From: an uncultured Oligoflexus sp.
GTDB taxonomy: Bacteria; Bdellovibrionota_B; Oligoflexia; Oligoflexales; Oligoflexaceae
Direction of reading: 5' to 3'
Assembly (NCBI GenBank): GCA_964236955.1
Contig: CAXSGP010000086.1
Location: forward strand, 1-20,393
Length of the DNA stretch: 20,393 nt
Shown here: one piece after another, positions 1 through 7,234 of the stretch
Layout of the letters: the number at the start of each line of letters is the position of its first letter
How positions within the stretch are numbered: the first letter of the stretch is position 1
The notes under the pieces: model-generated
Seen by the model: the letters and a program-made list of their open reading frames with translations, nothing else
Database searches by the model: none
Told to the model about the DNA's origin: nothing
Position numbers and translations under genes: made by a program

Positions 1-140
1 ATACGAGTTTGCCTGTATTTTTCAATCACTTATCTCAAACGTCAACAGCCCCTAATATCGTCGAGACAAAGTGCGTTTTTATCACATAGATTACCTGATC
101 TTCGGCGCATCAGATATTGGCTTAAATAAAGGAGTCGGTC

Positions 141-1775
141 GTGTCAAAAGCGAAGCGAAAAGTTTTAGTTGTCGTTATGGATGGAGTCGGCTCCCGAGAC
201 AGCACCTATGGGAACGCCTTCAAACTTGCTACCACGCCGCAGTTAAACCTCTTGGCTAAGAACGGTATGTTTCGCACTCTCAAAGCCCACGGAACCTACG
301 TGGGGCTTCCGAGCGATGCTGACATGGGAAACAGTGAAGTTGGGCACAACGCCCTGGGTGCCGGGCGGGTCTTTGATCAGGGCGCAAAGCTTGTGCAGCA
401 AGCGCTTCAAACGGGGCGCATTTACGAAGGCCAGACCTGGCGCGATATGATCAGCCAATGCCTGGCTGCCAAGAGCACGCTTCATTTCCTCGGGCTCCTT
501 TCGGATGGCAACGTCCATTCCCACGAGCAGCATCTTTACAGCCTGATGCAGAGGGCGTTTAAGGATGGGGTGAAGACCATTCGTGTCCATGCCTTGCTTG
601 ATGGCCGGGATGTCAGTGAGAAAAGTGCGGAGATCTATATCGAGCGCCTGGAGCGCGTGATAAGCGAATTGAACGGCCAAGGCTGCGATGCTGCGGTCGC
701 TTCCGGCGGCGGGCGTATGACGACGACGATGGACCGCTACGGAGCCGATTGGAAAATGGTCGAACGCGGCTGGAACGCCCATGCCTTAGGGCAGGCGCAG
801 CTGCGTTTTCCGAGCCTAGGGGGAGCCCTAAGGTTTTTCCGGGATGATCCCAATCTCTCCGATCAATATATTCCGCCTTTTGTCATCGACAGCGGCGGCC
901 ATCCCTATCTTGGGATGAAGGATAATGATGCGCTTGTATTCTTTAATTTTCGTGGCGATCGGGCGATTGAAATCTCTCGCGCCTTCACGGACAAGGAACT
1001 CCCGGAGTTTAATCGTCAGCGGGTTCCCAAGGTCTTTTACGCTGGCATGATGGAATATGATGGCGATATGCATATTCCCCCCCGCTATCTCGTGTCGCCT
1101 CCCGCGATCGATGACACGCTATCGGAGCACTTGGTCCATCAAGGATTGAAGCAGTTTGCCTGCTCGGAAACTCAAAAATACGGGCACGTGACCTACTTTT
1201 GGAATGGCAATCGCTCGGGTATGTTTGATGCCAAGCTGGAGGAATACCTGGAGATTCCCTCCGATAACATTCCCTTTGATCTAAAGCCCTGGATGAAGGC
1301 CTTTGAAATCACCGATGCGACGATTGCCAGGATGTTGAATAGCTCCTTTGACTTTGCCCGCATCAATTATCCGAATGGGGATATGGTGGGCCACACCGGA
1401 AATTTGGAGGCCAGTATCCTGGCTGTCAGCGTGGTCGATCTCTGTGTTGGGCGCTTGATTAAGGCCGCCGAACTTAGCAATACTATACTTGTCTTTACTG
1501 CCGATCACGGCAACTGTGACGAGATGTTTGATACGACCAAAGAAGGTCCAGCCAATTGGTTTGAATTGCCTTTTAATACCAGGCCCAAACCAAAAACCTC
1601 CCACACCTTGAATCCGGTCCCCTTTTATCTTTTTGACCCGCTGGGAACCCAGCATTATCGACTGCGCACCGATCTCAAGGATGGCAGCGTTGCCAACATT
1701 CCTGGCACAGTCCTGACTCTTTTGGGTCTGCCGGCAAAAGACACCTTTCTCCCCAGTCTGGTGGATCTTCTATGA
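141..1775 (+). CDS. gpmI: 2,3-bisphosphoglycerate-independent phosphoglycerate mutase
   Basis: Motifs VVMDGVG, MGNSEVGH (catalytic Ser), LSDGNVHSH, LDGRD, FNFRGDRA, SETQKYGHVTYFWNG, NGDMVGHTG, TADHGN, SHT. GTG start with AAGGAG RBS at ~129-134. Confidence 0.97.
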   Translation: MSKAKRKVLVVVMDGVGSRDSTYGNAFKLATTPQLNLLAKNGMFRTLKAHGTYVGLPSDADMGNSEVGHNALGAGRVFDQGAKLVQQALQTGRIYEGQTWRDMISQCLAAKSTLHFLGLLSDGNVHSHEQHLYSLMQRAFKDGVKTIRVHALLDGRDVSEKSAEIYIERLERVISELNGQGCDAAVASGGGRMTTTMDRYGADWKMVERGWNAHALGQAQLRFPSLGGALRFFRDDPNLSDQYIPPFVIDSGGHPYLGMKDNDALVFFNFRGDRAIEISRAFTDKELPEFNRQRVPKVFYAGMMEYDGDMHIPPRYLVSPPAIDDTLSEHLVHQGLKQFACSETQKYGHVTYFWNGNRSGMFDAKLEEYLEIPSDNIPFDLKPWMKAFEITDATIARMLNSSFDFARINYPNGDMVGHTGNLEASILAVSVVDLCVGRLIKAAELSNTILVFTADHGNCDEMFDTTKEGPANWFELPFNTRPKPKTSHTLNPVPFYLFDPLGTQHYRLRTDLKDGSVANIPGTVLTLLGLPAKDTFLPSLVDLL

Positions 1776-2665
1776 AGGAGGCGGATGACGCAAAAGAAAA
1801 GTTTTCCGAATCGGCTTGGCAGGCAGAATTGGAGGCAAGGGCGGAGAAGGCGGCTGAGGAGTTTAAAGCTTTTGTAAAAACAATCGCTCAGCTCCGGCAT
1901 CCGATCCGGGGCTGTCCATGGGACCTTGAGCAAAGTCATGAATCTCTGCGCCGCTATATGATAGAAGAGGCTTACGAGGCAGCTGAAACGATGGGGGGCG
2001 AGTCTTCCGAAGAACTCATTGATGAACTTGGCGATGTCCTTCTCCAGGTCGTTCTTAATGCTCAGCTGACGGTGGAAGCTGGCAGGGGCGACATTAAATC
2101 GGTCGTGCAGAGCATTCGGGAGAAGATGATACGGCGCCATCCTCATGTGTTTACGCCCGAAACGATAGGCCTATCGGCGCAGGAGGTGAGCGACCAATGG
2201 CAGAGGATCAAACAGAAGGAAAAGCCTAATGACTATAGGGAAGGAGTTTTTGCAAAAGCCAAAAAGGTATATCCAGCCCTGACGCAGAGCTATCAGATCG
2301 GCAAGATTGCGAAAAAAATTCATTTCGATTGGCAGTCGTCTGCTGAGGTCTTTGAGCAGCTCCAGTCGGAACTTCGCGAGCTTGAGTATGAGATGAAGGC
2401 CGGAGACAATTCTAAAATGGCTGAAGAGCTTTCCGATTGTTTCTTTAGCCTGGCGCAACTGTCCCGGCATCTAGGCTTTGAGCCCGAAGAGATTGCCCAG
2501 CGCGGCAATTCTAAGTTCCTCCAGCGCTTCGATAGGGTCGAGGCCTTAGCCGAAGAGCAGGCAATCGAGGTAACGACGGTTGGCCAGCAGGGGCTGGAAA
2601 AACTTTGGGGAGAAGCTAAGAATAAGGCGAAAAACCAGGCTCAATTCAAGGTGCAGAAGGACTAG
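1772..2665 (+). CDS. mazG: nucleoside triphosphate pyrophosphohydrolase MazG (tandem domain)
   Basis: LRHPIRGCPWDLEQ, IEEAYE, DELGDVLLQVV, KMIRRHPHVF, FDW, EELSDCFF, KFLQRF. ATGA overlap with the gpmI stop. Confidence 0.95.
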   Translation: MKEADDAKEKFSESAWQAELEARAEKAAEEFKAFVKTIAQLRHPIRGCPWDLEQSHESLRRYMIEEAYEAAETMGGESSEELIDELGDVLLQVVLNAQLTVEAGRGDIKSVVQSIREKMIRRHPHVFTPETIGLSAQEVSDQWQRIKQKEKPNDYREGVFAKAKKVYPALTQSYQIGKIAKKIHFDWQSSAEVFEQLQSELRELEYEMKAGDNSKMAEELSDCFFSLAQLSRHLGFEPEEIAQRGNSKFLQRFDRVEALAEEQAIEVTTVGQQGLEKLWGEAKNKAKNQAQFKVQKD

Positions 2666-2687
2666 AAGGGCGTTGCGAACGGCAAGC

Positions 2688-2725
2688 AAAAACAAAAGCC
2701 TCTAGCCAATAAAGCTAGGGGCTTT
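2688..2725 (-). terminator. intrinsic terminator between convergent mazG and rpsT (U-tract on the rpsT side; possibly bidirectional)
   Basis: Stem AAAGCCTCTAGC (2695-2706) / GCTAGGGGCTTT (2714-2725), 7-nt loop. A-rich run on the left gives a U-tract on the minus strand. Confidence 0.75.
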
Positions 2726-2748
2726 GATCCATAGTCGTCATGTAACGA

Positions 2749-3018
2749 TTACTTTGCCGTTTTCTTTTTAACAAGAGCGGCTAACCGCGCAACTTTACGG
2801 GATGCATTGTTGCGGTGTAAAATGCCATGGCTAGCTGCTTTATGAAGCAATGACTGAGCATTTTCGAAAAGCGTACCAATATCTTGCAATTCGCCTTTTT
2901 CCGCAGCAGCGCGAAGTTTCTTTACGGCTGTTCGAACCGTGCTGATATAGGAATGGTTCTGAACGCGTTTTTTGGCGTTAACAAGAATACGTTTTTTTGC
3001 TGATTTATGATGAGCCAC
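2749..3018 (-). CDS. rpsT: 30S ribosomal protein S20
   Basis: AHHKSAKKRI...N...S.VRTAVKK...KAASHGILHRNNASRKVARL. True start is most likely GTG at 3018 with GGAGA RBS; the ORF-track start at 3069 is over-extended. Confidence 0.97.
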   Translation of the reverse strand: MAHHKSAKKRILVNAKKRVQNHSYISTVRTAVKKLRAAAEKGELQDIGTLFENAQSLLHKAASHGILHRNNASRKVARLAALVKKKTAK

Positions 3019-3059
3019 TTTATTTCTCCGTAATCTCTTTATGTGAAGAGAGACTGTGT

Positions 3060-3088
3060 CAATTAACAAGAGCTGCTTTGCTCGTCAA
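3060..3088 (-). promoter_or_regulatory. putative sigma70 promoter of rpsT
   Basis: TTGACG (3088-3083)-N17-TAATTG (3065-3060). The -10 element lacks the final T. Confidence 0.4.
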
Positions 3089-3183
3089 GCTGAAACAGCA
3101 GTTAGATACTTTTTCGATCGGACTCTTTCGAGAGGCAAGCACCATCGCTTTTGATAGTGAGCTCTCTCTCATCCCCCCGCCAC

Positions 3184-3214
3184 AAAAGAAAAACGCTCCG
3201 TCTGAGGGAGCGTT
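3184..3214 (-). terminator. intrinsic terminator of the rpsR-rpmB-sORF operon
   Basis: Minus strand AACGCTCC-CTCAGAC-GGAGCGTT followed by TTTCTTTT, starting ~15 nt after the sORF stop. Confidence 0.8.
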
Positions 3215-3228
3215 GTCCGCTTAGCTTA

Positions 3229-3339
3229 TCACTTAGTAGGCTTAGCGGCATCAATTCTGCGTTGAATGCGTGCTTTTAGTTTTGCACGAGCTTTCAGCCG
3301 TCTCATTTTCAAAGTCTTACGATTATCTCCGCGACCCAT
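3229..3339 (-). CDS. 36-aa Lys/Arg-rich small protein, candidate bS22/Thx-like ribosomal protein (not in ORF track)
   Basis: Hand translation MGRGDNRKTLKMRRLKARAKLKARIQRRIDAAKPTK*. ATG lies 10 nt after the rpmB stop with an AAGAGG SD, and the ORF fills the gap up to the terminator. 15 of 36 residues are K/R. Confidence 0.75.
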   Translation of the reverse strand: MGRGDNRKTLKMRRLKARAKLKARIQRRIDAAKPTK

Positions 3340-3349
3340 GACAAACCTC

Positions 3350-3577
3350 TTAGAGTTTAACGCCGTTTTTGCGTGCAAATGTATCGAGGCCAAGTTTGTC
3401 GATAGTACGGATAGCAGCAGTGCTAACTTTCAGAGTCACAAACTTAGCTAATTCAACCGACCAGAAGCGTTTCGTCTGGAGGTTTGGTAGAAAGCGATGC
3501 TTGGTCTTGACATTGGAATGCGATACGCGGTTGCCGACCTGTACGCCTTTGCCAGTGAGTTCACAACGACGACTCAT
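3350..3577 (-). CDS. rpmB: 50S ribosomal protein L28
   Basis: MSRRCELTGK...GNRVSHSNVKTKHRFLPNLQ...LKVSTAAIRTIDK.G. Confidence 0.98.
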   Translation of the reverse strand: MSRRCELTGKGVQVGNRVSHSNVKTKHRFLPNLQTKRFWSVELAKFVTLKVSTAAIRTIDKLGLDTFARKNGVKL

Positions 3578-3579
3578 GC

Positions 3580-3936
3580 TTAATCCTCTCCGTCACGCAT
3601 AGGCTTGTCTTCACGGGGACCGCGAGGAGCCGATGGTCTGCTAGAAGTTCCCATAGCGGAAGTAGCGATTGCCGACATTTCTGTTGCAAAGTTACGTTCC
3701 TGGCGATGTCCCAAGCTATATGGAAGAAGCGCGAGGTACCGTGCTCTTTTCACAGCTAAACAGATAGCGCGTTGTTGCTTCGCTGTTGCGCCCGAGATAC
3801 GGCGAGGAATAATCTTGCCGCGATCGGTAACGAAACGACGAAGGACGTCTGGGTTTTTATAATCAATTACGATACTTGGGTCGAGTGTTCGCTTGCGGCG
3901 AAACATAAGACGTCTTTTTTTTCTTCCGCTTGCCAT
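3580..3936 (-). CDS. rpsR: 30S ribosomal protein S18 (no Zn motif, C-terminal extension)
   Basis: [26 protein letters not shown]...QR...[16 protein letters not shown] at 3936 with GGAGG at 3941-3945; the ORF-track start at 4047 is over-extended. Confidence 0.96.
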   Translation of the reverse strand: MASGRKKRRLMFRRKRTLDPSIVIDYKNPDVLRRFVTDRGKIIPRRISGATAKQQRAICLAVKRARYLALLPYSLGHRQERNFATEMSAIATSAMGTSSRPSAPRGPREDKPMRDGED

Positions 3937-3960
3937 GCAGCCTCCGGTGTTTCTACGATC

Positions 3961-4046
3961 TGATACCCTCGCGCTTAATGGCGACGGGATGTTTGATGTT
4001 TGTATGACGCAAAAGCTGGCTGCTCTGCCAGTACAAACAGGTATCA
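3961..4046 (-). promoter_or_regulatory. putative structured 5' leader of the rpsR operon
   Basis: Nested inverted repeats at 3961-3967/4040-4046 (TGATACC/GGTATCA), 3997-4004/4032-4039 (TGTTTGTA/TACAAACA) and 4016-4020/4027-4031 (CTGGC/GCCAG), plus a small hairpin at 3966-3988. Confidence 0.5.
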
Positions 4047-4062
4047 CCCTTTAGGGAAGTGA

Positions 4063-4091
4063 AAAGTAACTTAAACCTAGACTGGACGCAA
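4063..4091 (-). promoter_or_regulatory. putative sigma70 promoter of the rpsR operon
   Basis: TTGCGT (4091-4086)-N17-TACTTT (4068-4063) on the minus strand, just upstream of the structured leader. Confidence 0.5.
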
Positions 4092-4162
4092 GAGAATAGA
4101 TGCGTCTATACAAAGGGATCAGCCTCAGCTTCAGATGAAATCGGGTCAAAAAGGAAGCGTGA

Positions 4163-6451
4163 ATGTACTATCTCGACGTTGCCGTACCCGTCGCCCTCGA
4201 TCAAACCTTTAGCTATACCTCTGAAGTCGCCCTCCCCCTAGGAATCCGTGTCAAAGTGAACTTTGGTCGCCGAATTTTGGTCGCTGTAGTGCTCAGGTGC
4301 AGCCGGGAAAAGCCGCCTGGCGAGAGGGAGCTCAAGGGTATCGATCAGGTAATAGACCCGGATCCTGTCTATAGTGAAGCACTCCTGCAGCTCGCCCTTT
4401 GGCTAGCAAACTATTATCTGCACCCGATCGGCGAGGTTCTCCGTTCGATGCTACCCGTCTCCCTGGTTAAAAAGGAAAAGACCCAGTATCGTTTGACCGT
4501 CCTTGGCGGCGAAGTGCGGGACGATGGACAGCATGCCTCACAGGCCTTGATTAAATTTTTATGGGCCCGGCATATGCCCTATAGCGGCAAAAGTCTCAAT
4601 GCAAAACTAGCCAAATGGCACGCTGACACAGGCCAAAAGATTGGTCTGAAACGGCTTGAAAAAGAAGGGCTCATCGTCAAAGAGTCGATCGATAAAACTC
4701 ATGGTCGCTCCTCGCTCTGGTCGGAGGAGGCGGTGGAAAAAGCCAAACAACGAGCCCCAGACCTTTCCCCGGCTTTGACTCCTGATCAAGCAGCCGTCAC
4801 CGACATCGTCATTAAAAGCGGCTTTGATACCCAGGCGGGGCGAAAGGCCTTTTTGCTTCATGGCGTAACCGGGGCTGGTAAAACCGAGGTTTATCTGCAG
4901 CTCATCAGCAGTGCTCTTCGTTTGGACCCGCGGCATCAGGTCTTGGTGCTCGTCCCAGAGATTGCTTTGACTCCGCAGATGACCCGGGTTTTTTCGGCTC
5001 GATTCCCCGGTCAGGTCGCGGTTGTGCATTCGGCGATGGCACCCGCAGAGCGGTGGCAGGAACTGCAATCGATCCGCAACAATCAGCGGCAGATACTCAT
5101 CGGTCCTCGCTCCGCTGTCTTTGCGGCCTTCGATCGACTCTGCCTTCTTGTCGTGGACGAGGAACATGATTCAAGCTATAAGCAGACCACGGGTCTGACT
5201 TATAATGGCCGCGACGTTGCGGTTATGCGGGCTCATTTGGAAGGAAAACCCGTTGTGCTTGGCAGTGCCACGCCATCCATGGAGTCCTACGCTAATGCAA
5301 CAGCTGGAAAATATCGGCTTCTCGAACTTATGGAACGGGCTAACCGTAAACCCCTGCCAGCGATTCAATTCATCACAGCCGACATTCAAAAAGGCTTCGC
5401 CCGCAGACTCTCCAGCTCCAAACGCGGCATGCCGGTAATCGATCTGCCTATTGACGATAGGATACTCGAGGCGCTGCGCAAAAATGTCGCTCAAGGCAAG
5501 CAGGCCATGGTCCTGGTCAACCGCCGGGGCTATGCCTATTATTTATTTTCCATTCGTGAGCGCAAGGCTGTCGCTTGCCCTAATTGCAGCATATCTTTGA
5601 CCGTGCATGAAAAATCAACCCTGCTGCGTTGCCATTACTGTGATTTCCAAAAACCAGTTGAAAAGATGATCCCACCTAACGCCCGCGATGCCTATGTCCT
5701 CGTGGGCTATGGCAGCGAGCAAATGGAGCTTTTTCTTAAGGAGGGCGTGCCCAAGGCCCGTATCGAAAGGGTCGACTCCGATTCGGTTCAGCAGCATGAT
5801 GCGCTTCCAAAAATACTGGATAGATTTCGGGAGGGAGCAATCGATATCCTGGTGGGCACTCAGATGCTTGCCAAAGGCCACGATTTTGCAAAGGTGACCC
5901 TAATCTGCATCCTTGAAATTGATCAAACCCTTAATCTGCCTGACTTTCGCGCGGGTGAACGAACCTTTCAGCTTATGGTTCAGGCGGCAGGACGAGCCGG
6001 GCGCGGAGAGTGGGCCGGCGAGGTGATGATACAGACCCAGCGGGCGGATCATCCGGTGCTGATGGCGGGGCTCAATCAAAGCTATTCGGAATTCTGGCAG
6101 GATCAGATTCAGTTTCGGCAGGCCCATAACTATCCCCCCTACTCCCGCATGATCGTTTTTGAATTTACGTCCGCCAAACGCGAGAAGCTGGTCAAGTGGG
6201 TGGACGACGTCGAAAGGTGGATCATCCAACGTATGAAAAACTCGGAGGGCCGCTATAAGCAGATGACCATACTCGGGCCATCGATCCCGCCTCTGGAGAC
6301 GATTCGGGGCCGTAGTCGCCGCACGCTCCTGCTGATGGCAAGCGACCGCAGTCAGCTCTGGGGCTTCGCCAAGGAAGTGATGGCGGCCTTTAGTGCGCCT
6401 TCGGGCGACCTTAGGCTTCGGGTGGACGTCGATCCACAAAGTCTTATGTAG
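4163..6451 (+). CDS. priA: primosomal protein N' (replication restart helicase PriA)
   Basis: N-terminal 3'-binding domain (DVAVP...FSY...G.RV.V.FG), GVTGAGKTEVY, LVPEIALTPQ, VVDEEHD.SYKQ, GSATPS.ES, NRRGY, ILVGTQMLAKGHDF, Q.AGRAGR, terminal VDVDP. Confidence 0.97.
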   Translation: MYYLDVAVPVALDQTFSYTSEVALPLGIRVKVNFGRRILVAVVLRCSREKPPGERELKGIDQVIDPDPVYSEALLQLALWLANYYLHPIGEVLRSMLPVSLVKKEKTQYRLTVLGGEVRDDGQHASQALIKFLWARHMPYSGKSLNAKLAKWHADTGQKIGLKRLEKEGLIVKESIDKTHGRSSLWSEEAVEKAKQRAPDLSPALTPDQAAVTDIVIKSGFDTQAGRKAFLLHGVTGAGKTEVYLQLISSALRLDPRHQVLVLVPEIALTPQMTRVFSARFPGQVAVVHSAMAPAERWQELQSIRNNQRQILIGPRSAVFAAFDRLCLLVVDEEHDSSYKQTTGLTYNGRDVAVMRAHLEGKPVVLGSATPSMESYANATAGKYRLLELMERANRKPLPAIQFITADIQKGFARRLSSSKRGMPVIDLPIDDRILEALRKNVAQGKQAMVLVNRRGYAYYLFSIRERKAVACPNCSISLTVHEKSTLLRCHYCDFQKPVEKMIPPNARDAYVLVGYGSEQMELFLKEGVPKARIERVDSDSVQQHDALPKILDRFREGAIDILVGTQMLAKGHDFAKVTLICILEIDQTLNLPDFRAGERTFQLMVQAAGRAGRGEWAGEVMIQTQRADHPVLMAGLNQSYSEFWQDQIQFRQAHNYPPYSRMIVFEFTSAKREKLVKWVDDVERWIIQRMKNSEGRYKQMTILGPSIPPLETIRGRSRRTLLLMASDRSQLWGFAKEVMAAFSAPSGDLRLRVDVDPQSLM

Positions 6452-6473
6452 CCAGGGTTAATTTAAAACTGGT

Positions 6474-6503
6474 TTGCAAATCAGGGGCATAGACATATAA
6501 AAT
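6474..6503 (+). promoter_or_regulatory. possible promoter of clpP
   Basis: TTGCAA (6474-6479)-N18-TAAAAT (6498-6503). Confidence 0.35.
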
Positions 6504-6545
6504 GAAATTCGATCGAGTTGAATCGCCAGCAAGAGAGGATACCGT

Positions 6546-7124
6546 ATGAGCATGGATCTAGAGCAATTAGCGGGCCAGCAAAGTGAGAATAAGCTACTCG
6601 AGAAGCGGGTAATCTTTGTTTCCGAAGGCATAAACTCAGCAGTTGCCAAGAAGGTTATCAACAACCTCTTAGCCATGGACGCTCAGGATAGCTCCAAACC
6701 CATATTTATGTATTTGAATAGCCCTGGAGGCGAAGTTAATAGTGGGTTTGCCATCTATGACACGATGCGTTTTATAAGCTCTGAAGTGCGCGTAATCTGT
6801 ACGGGTCTCACCGCCAGTATAGGAACGGTTATGCTTCTAGGAGCGCCTAAAAAGCACAGATACACAATGCCAAATACTCGTTTCCTGATTCATCAGCCGT
6901 TGATTGGTGGGCATATTCAAGGTCAGGCTTCTGACCTTGAAATCACCGCCCGCGAAATCATCAAGACCCGTGCGCGTATCAATAAGCTTCTCTCAGTGGA
7001 ATGTGATCAGCCGCTTGCCAAAGTCGAAGAGGACACGGTCCGTGACTACTGGATGAATGCCGAAGAAGCCATCTCTTACGGACTTGTGACAAAAATTGTG
7101 GCGAATATTAAAGAGATTGTGTAA
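6546..7124 (+). CDS. clpP: ATP-dependent Clp protease proteolytic subunit
   Basis: YLNSPGG, GFAIYDTM, GLTASIG (Ser), RFLIHQP (His), RDYWMNAEEA..YGLV (Asp). AGAGGA RBS. Confidence 0.96.
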   Translation: MSMDLEQLAGQQSENKLLEKRVIFVSEGINSAVAKKVINNLLAMDAQDSSKPIFMYLNSPGGEVNSGFAIYDTMRFISSEVRVICTGLTASIGTVMLLGAPKKHRYTMPNTRFLIHQPLIGGHIQGQASDLEITAREIIKTRARINKLLSVECDQPLAKVEEDTVRDYWMNAEEAISYGLVTKIVANIKEIV

Positions 7125-7147
7125 TTAGAGACTTCTCTTTCGAGAGC

Positions 7148-7234
7148 GCGATGGTGGTGGAATTGGTAGACACGCTAGTCTCAGAAGCTAGTGACCTTAC
7201 GGTTGTGCGGGTTCAAGTCCCGCCCTTCGCACCA
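7148..7234 (+). tRNA. tRNA-Leu(CAG)
   Basis: Acceptor GCGATGG/CCTTCGC-A-CCA, D-loop GGAATTGGTAGAC, anticodon arm CTAGT-CTCAGAA-GCTAG, long variable arm, T-arm GCGGGTTCAAGTCCCGC; 87 nt. Confidence 0.96.

Noticed and set aside
1775..1877. AAGGAGG followed by an out-of-frame ATG (1785) opening a 30-codon basic ORF inside mazG
   Set aside because: SD-ATG spacing is only 3 nt, and the ATGA overlap with gpmI already explains mazG initiation.
3937..4047. ORF-track N-terminal extensions of S18 (to 4047) and S20 (to 3069)
   Set aside because: Downstream starts at 3936 and 3018 have good SD sequences and match family N-termini; the extensions run through leader or promoter DNA.
7176..7192. TCA within the anticodon region of the long-variable-arm tRNA, suggesting tRNA-Sec
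   Set aside because: Stem geometry centres the loop on CAG. The 7-bp acceptor, A73 and D-loop match tRNA-Leu.
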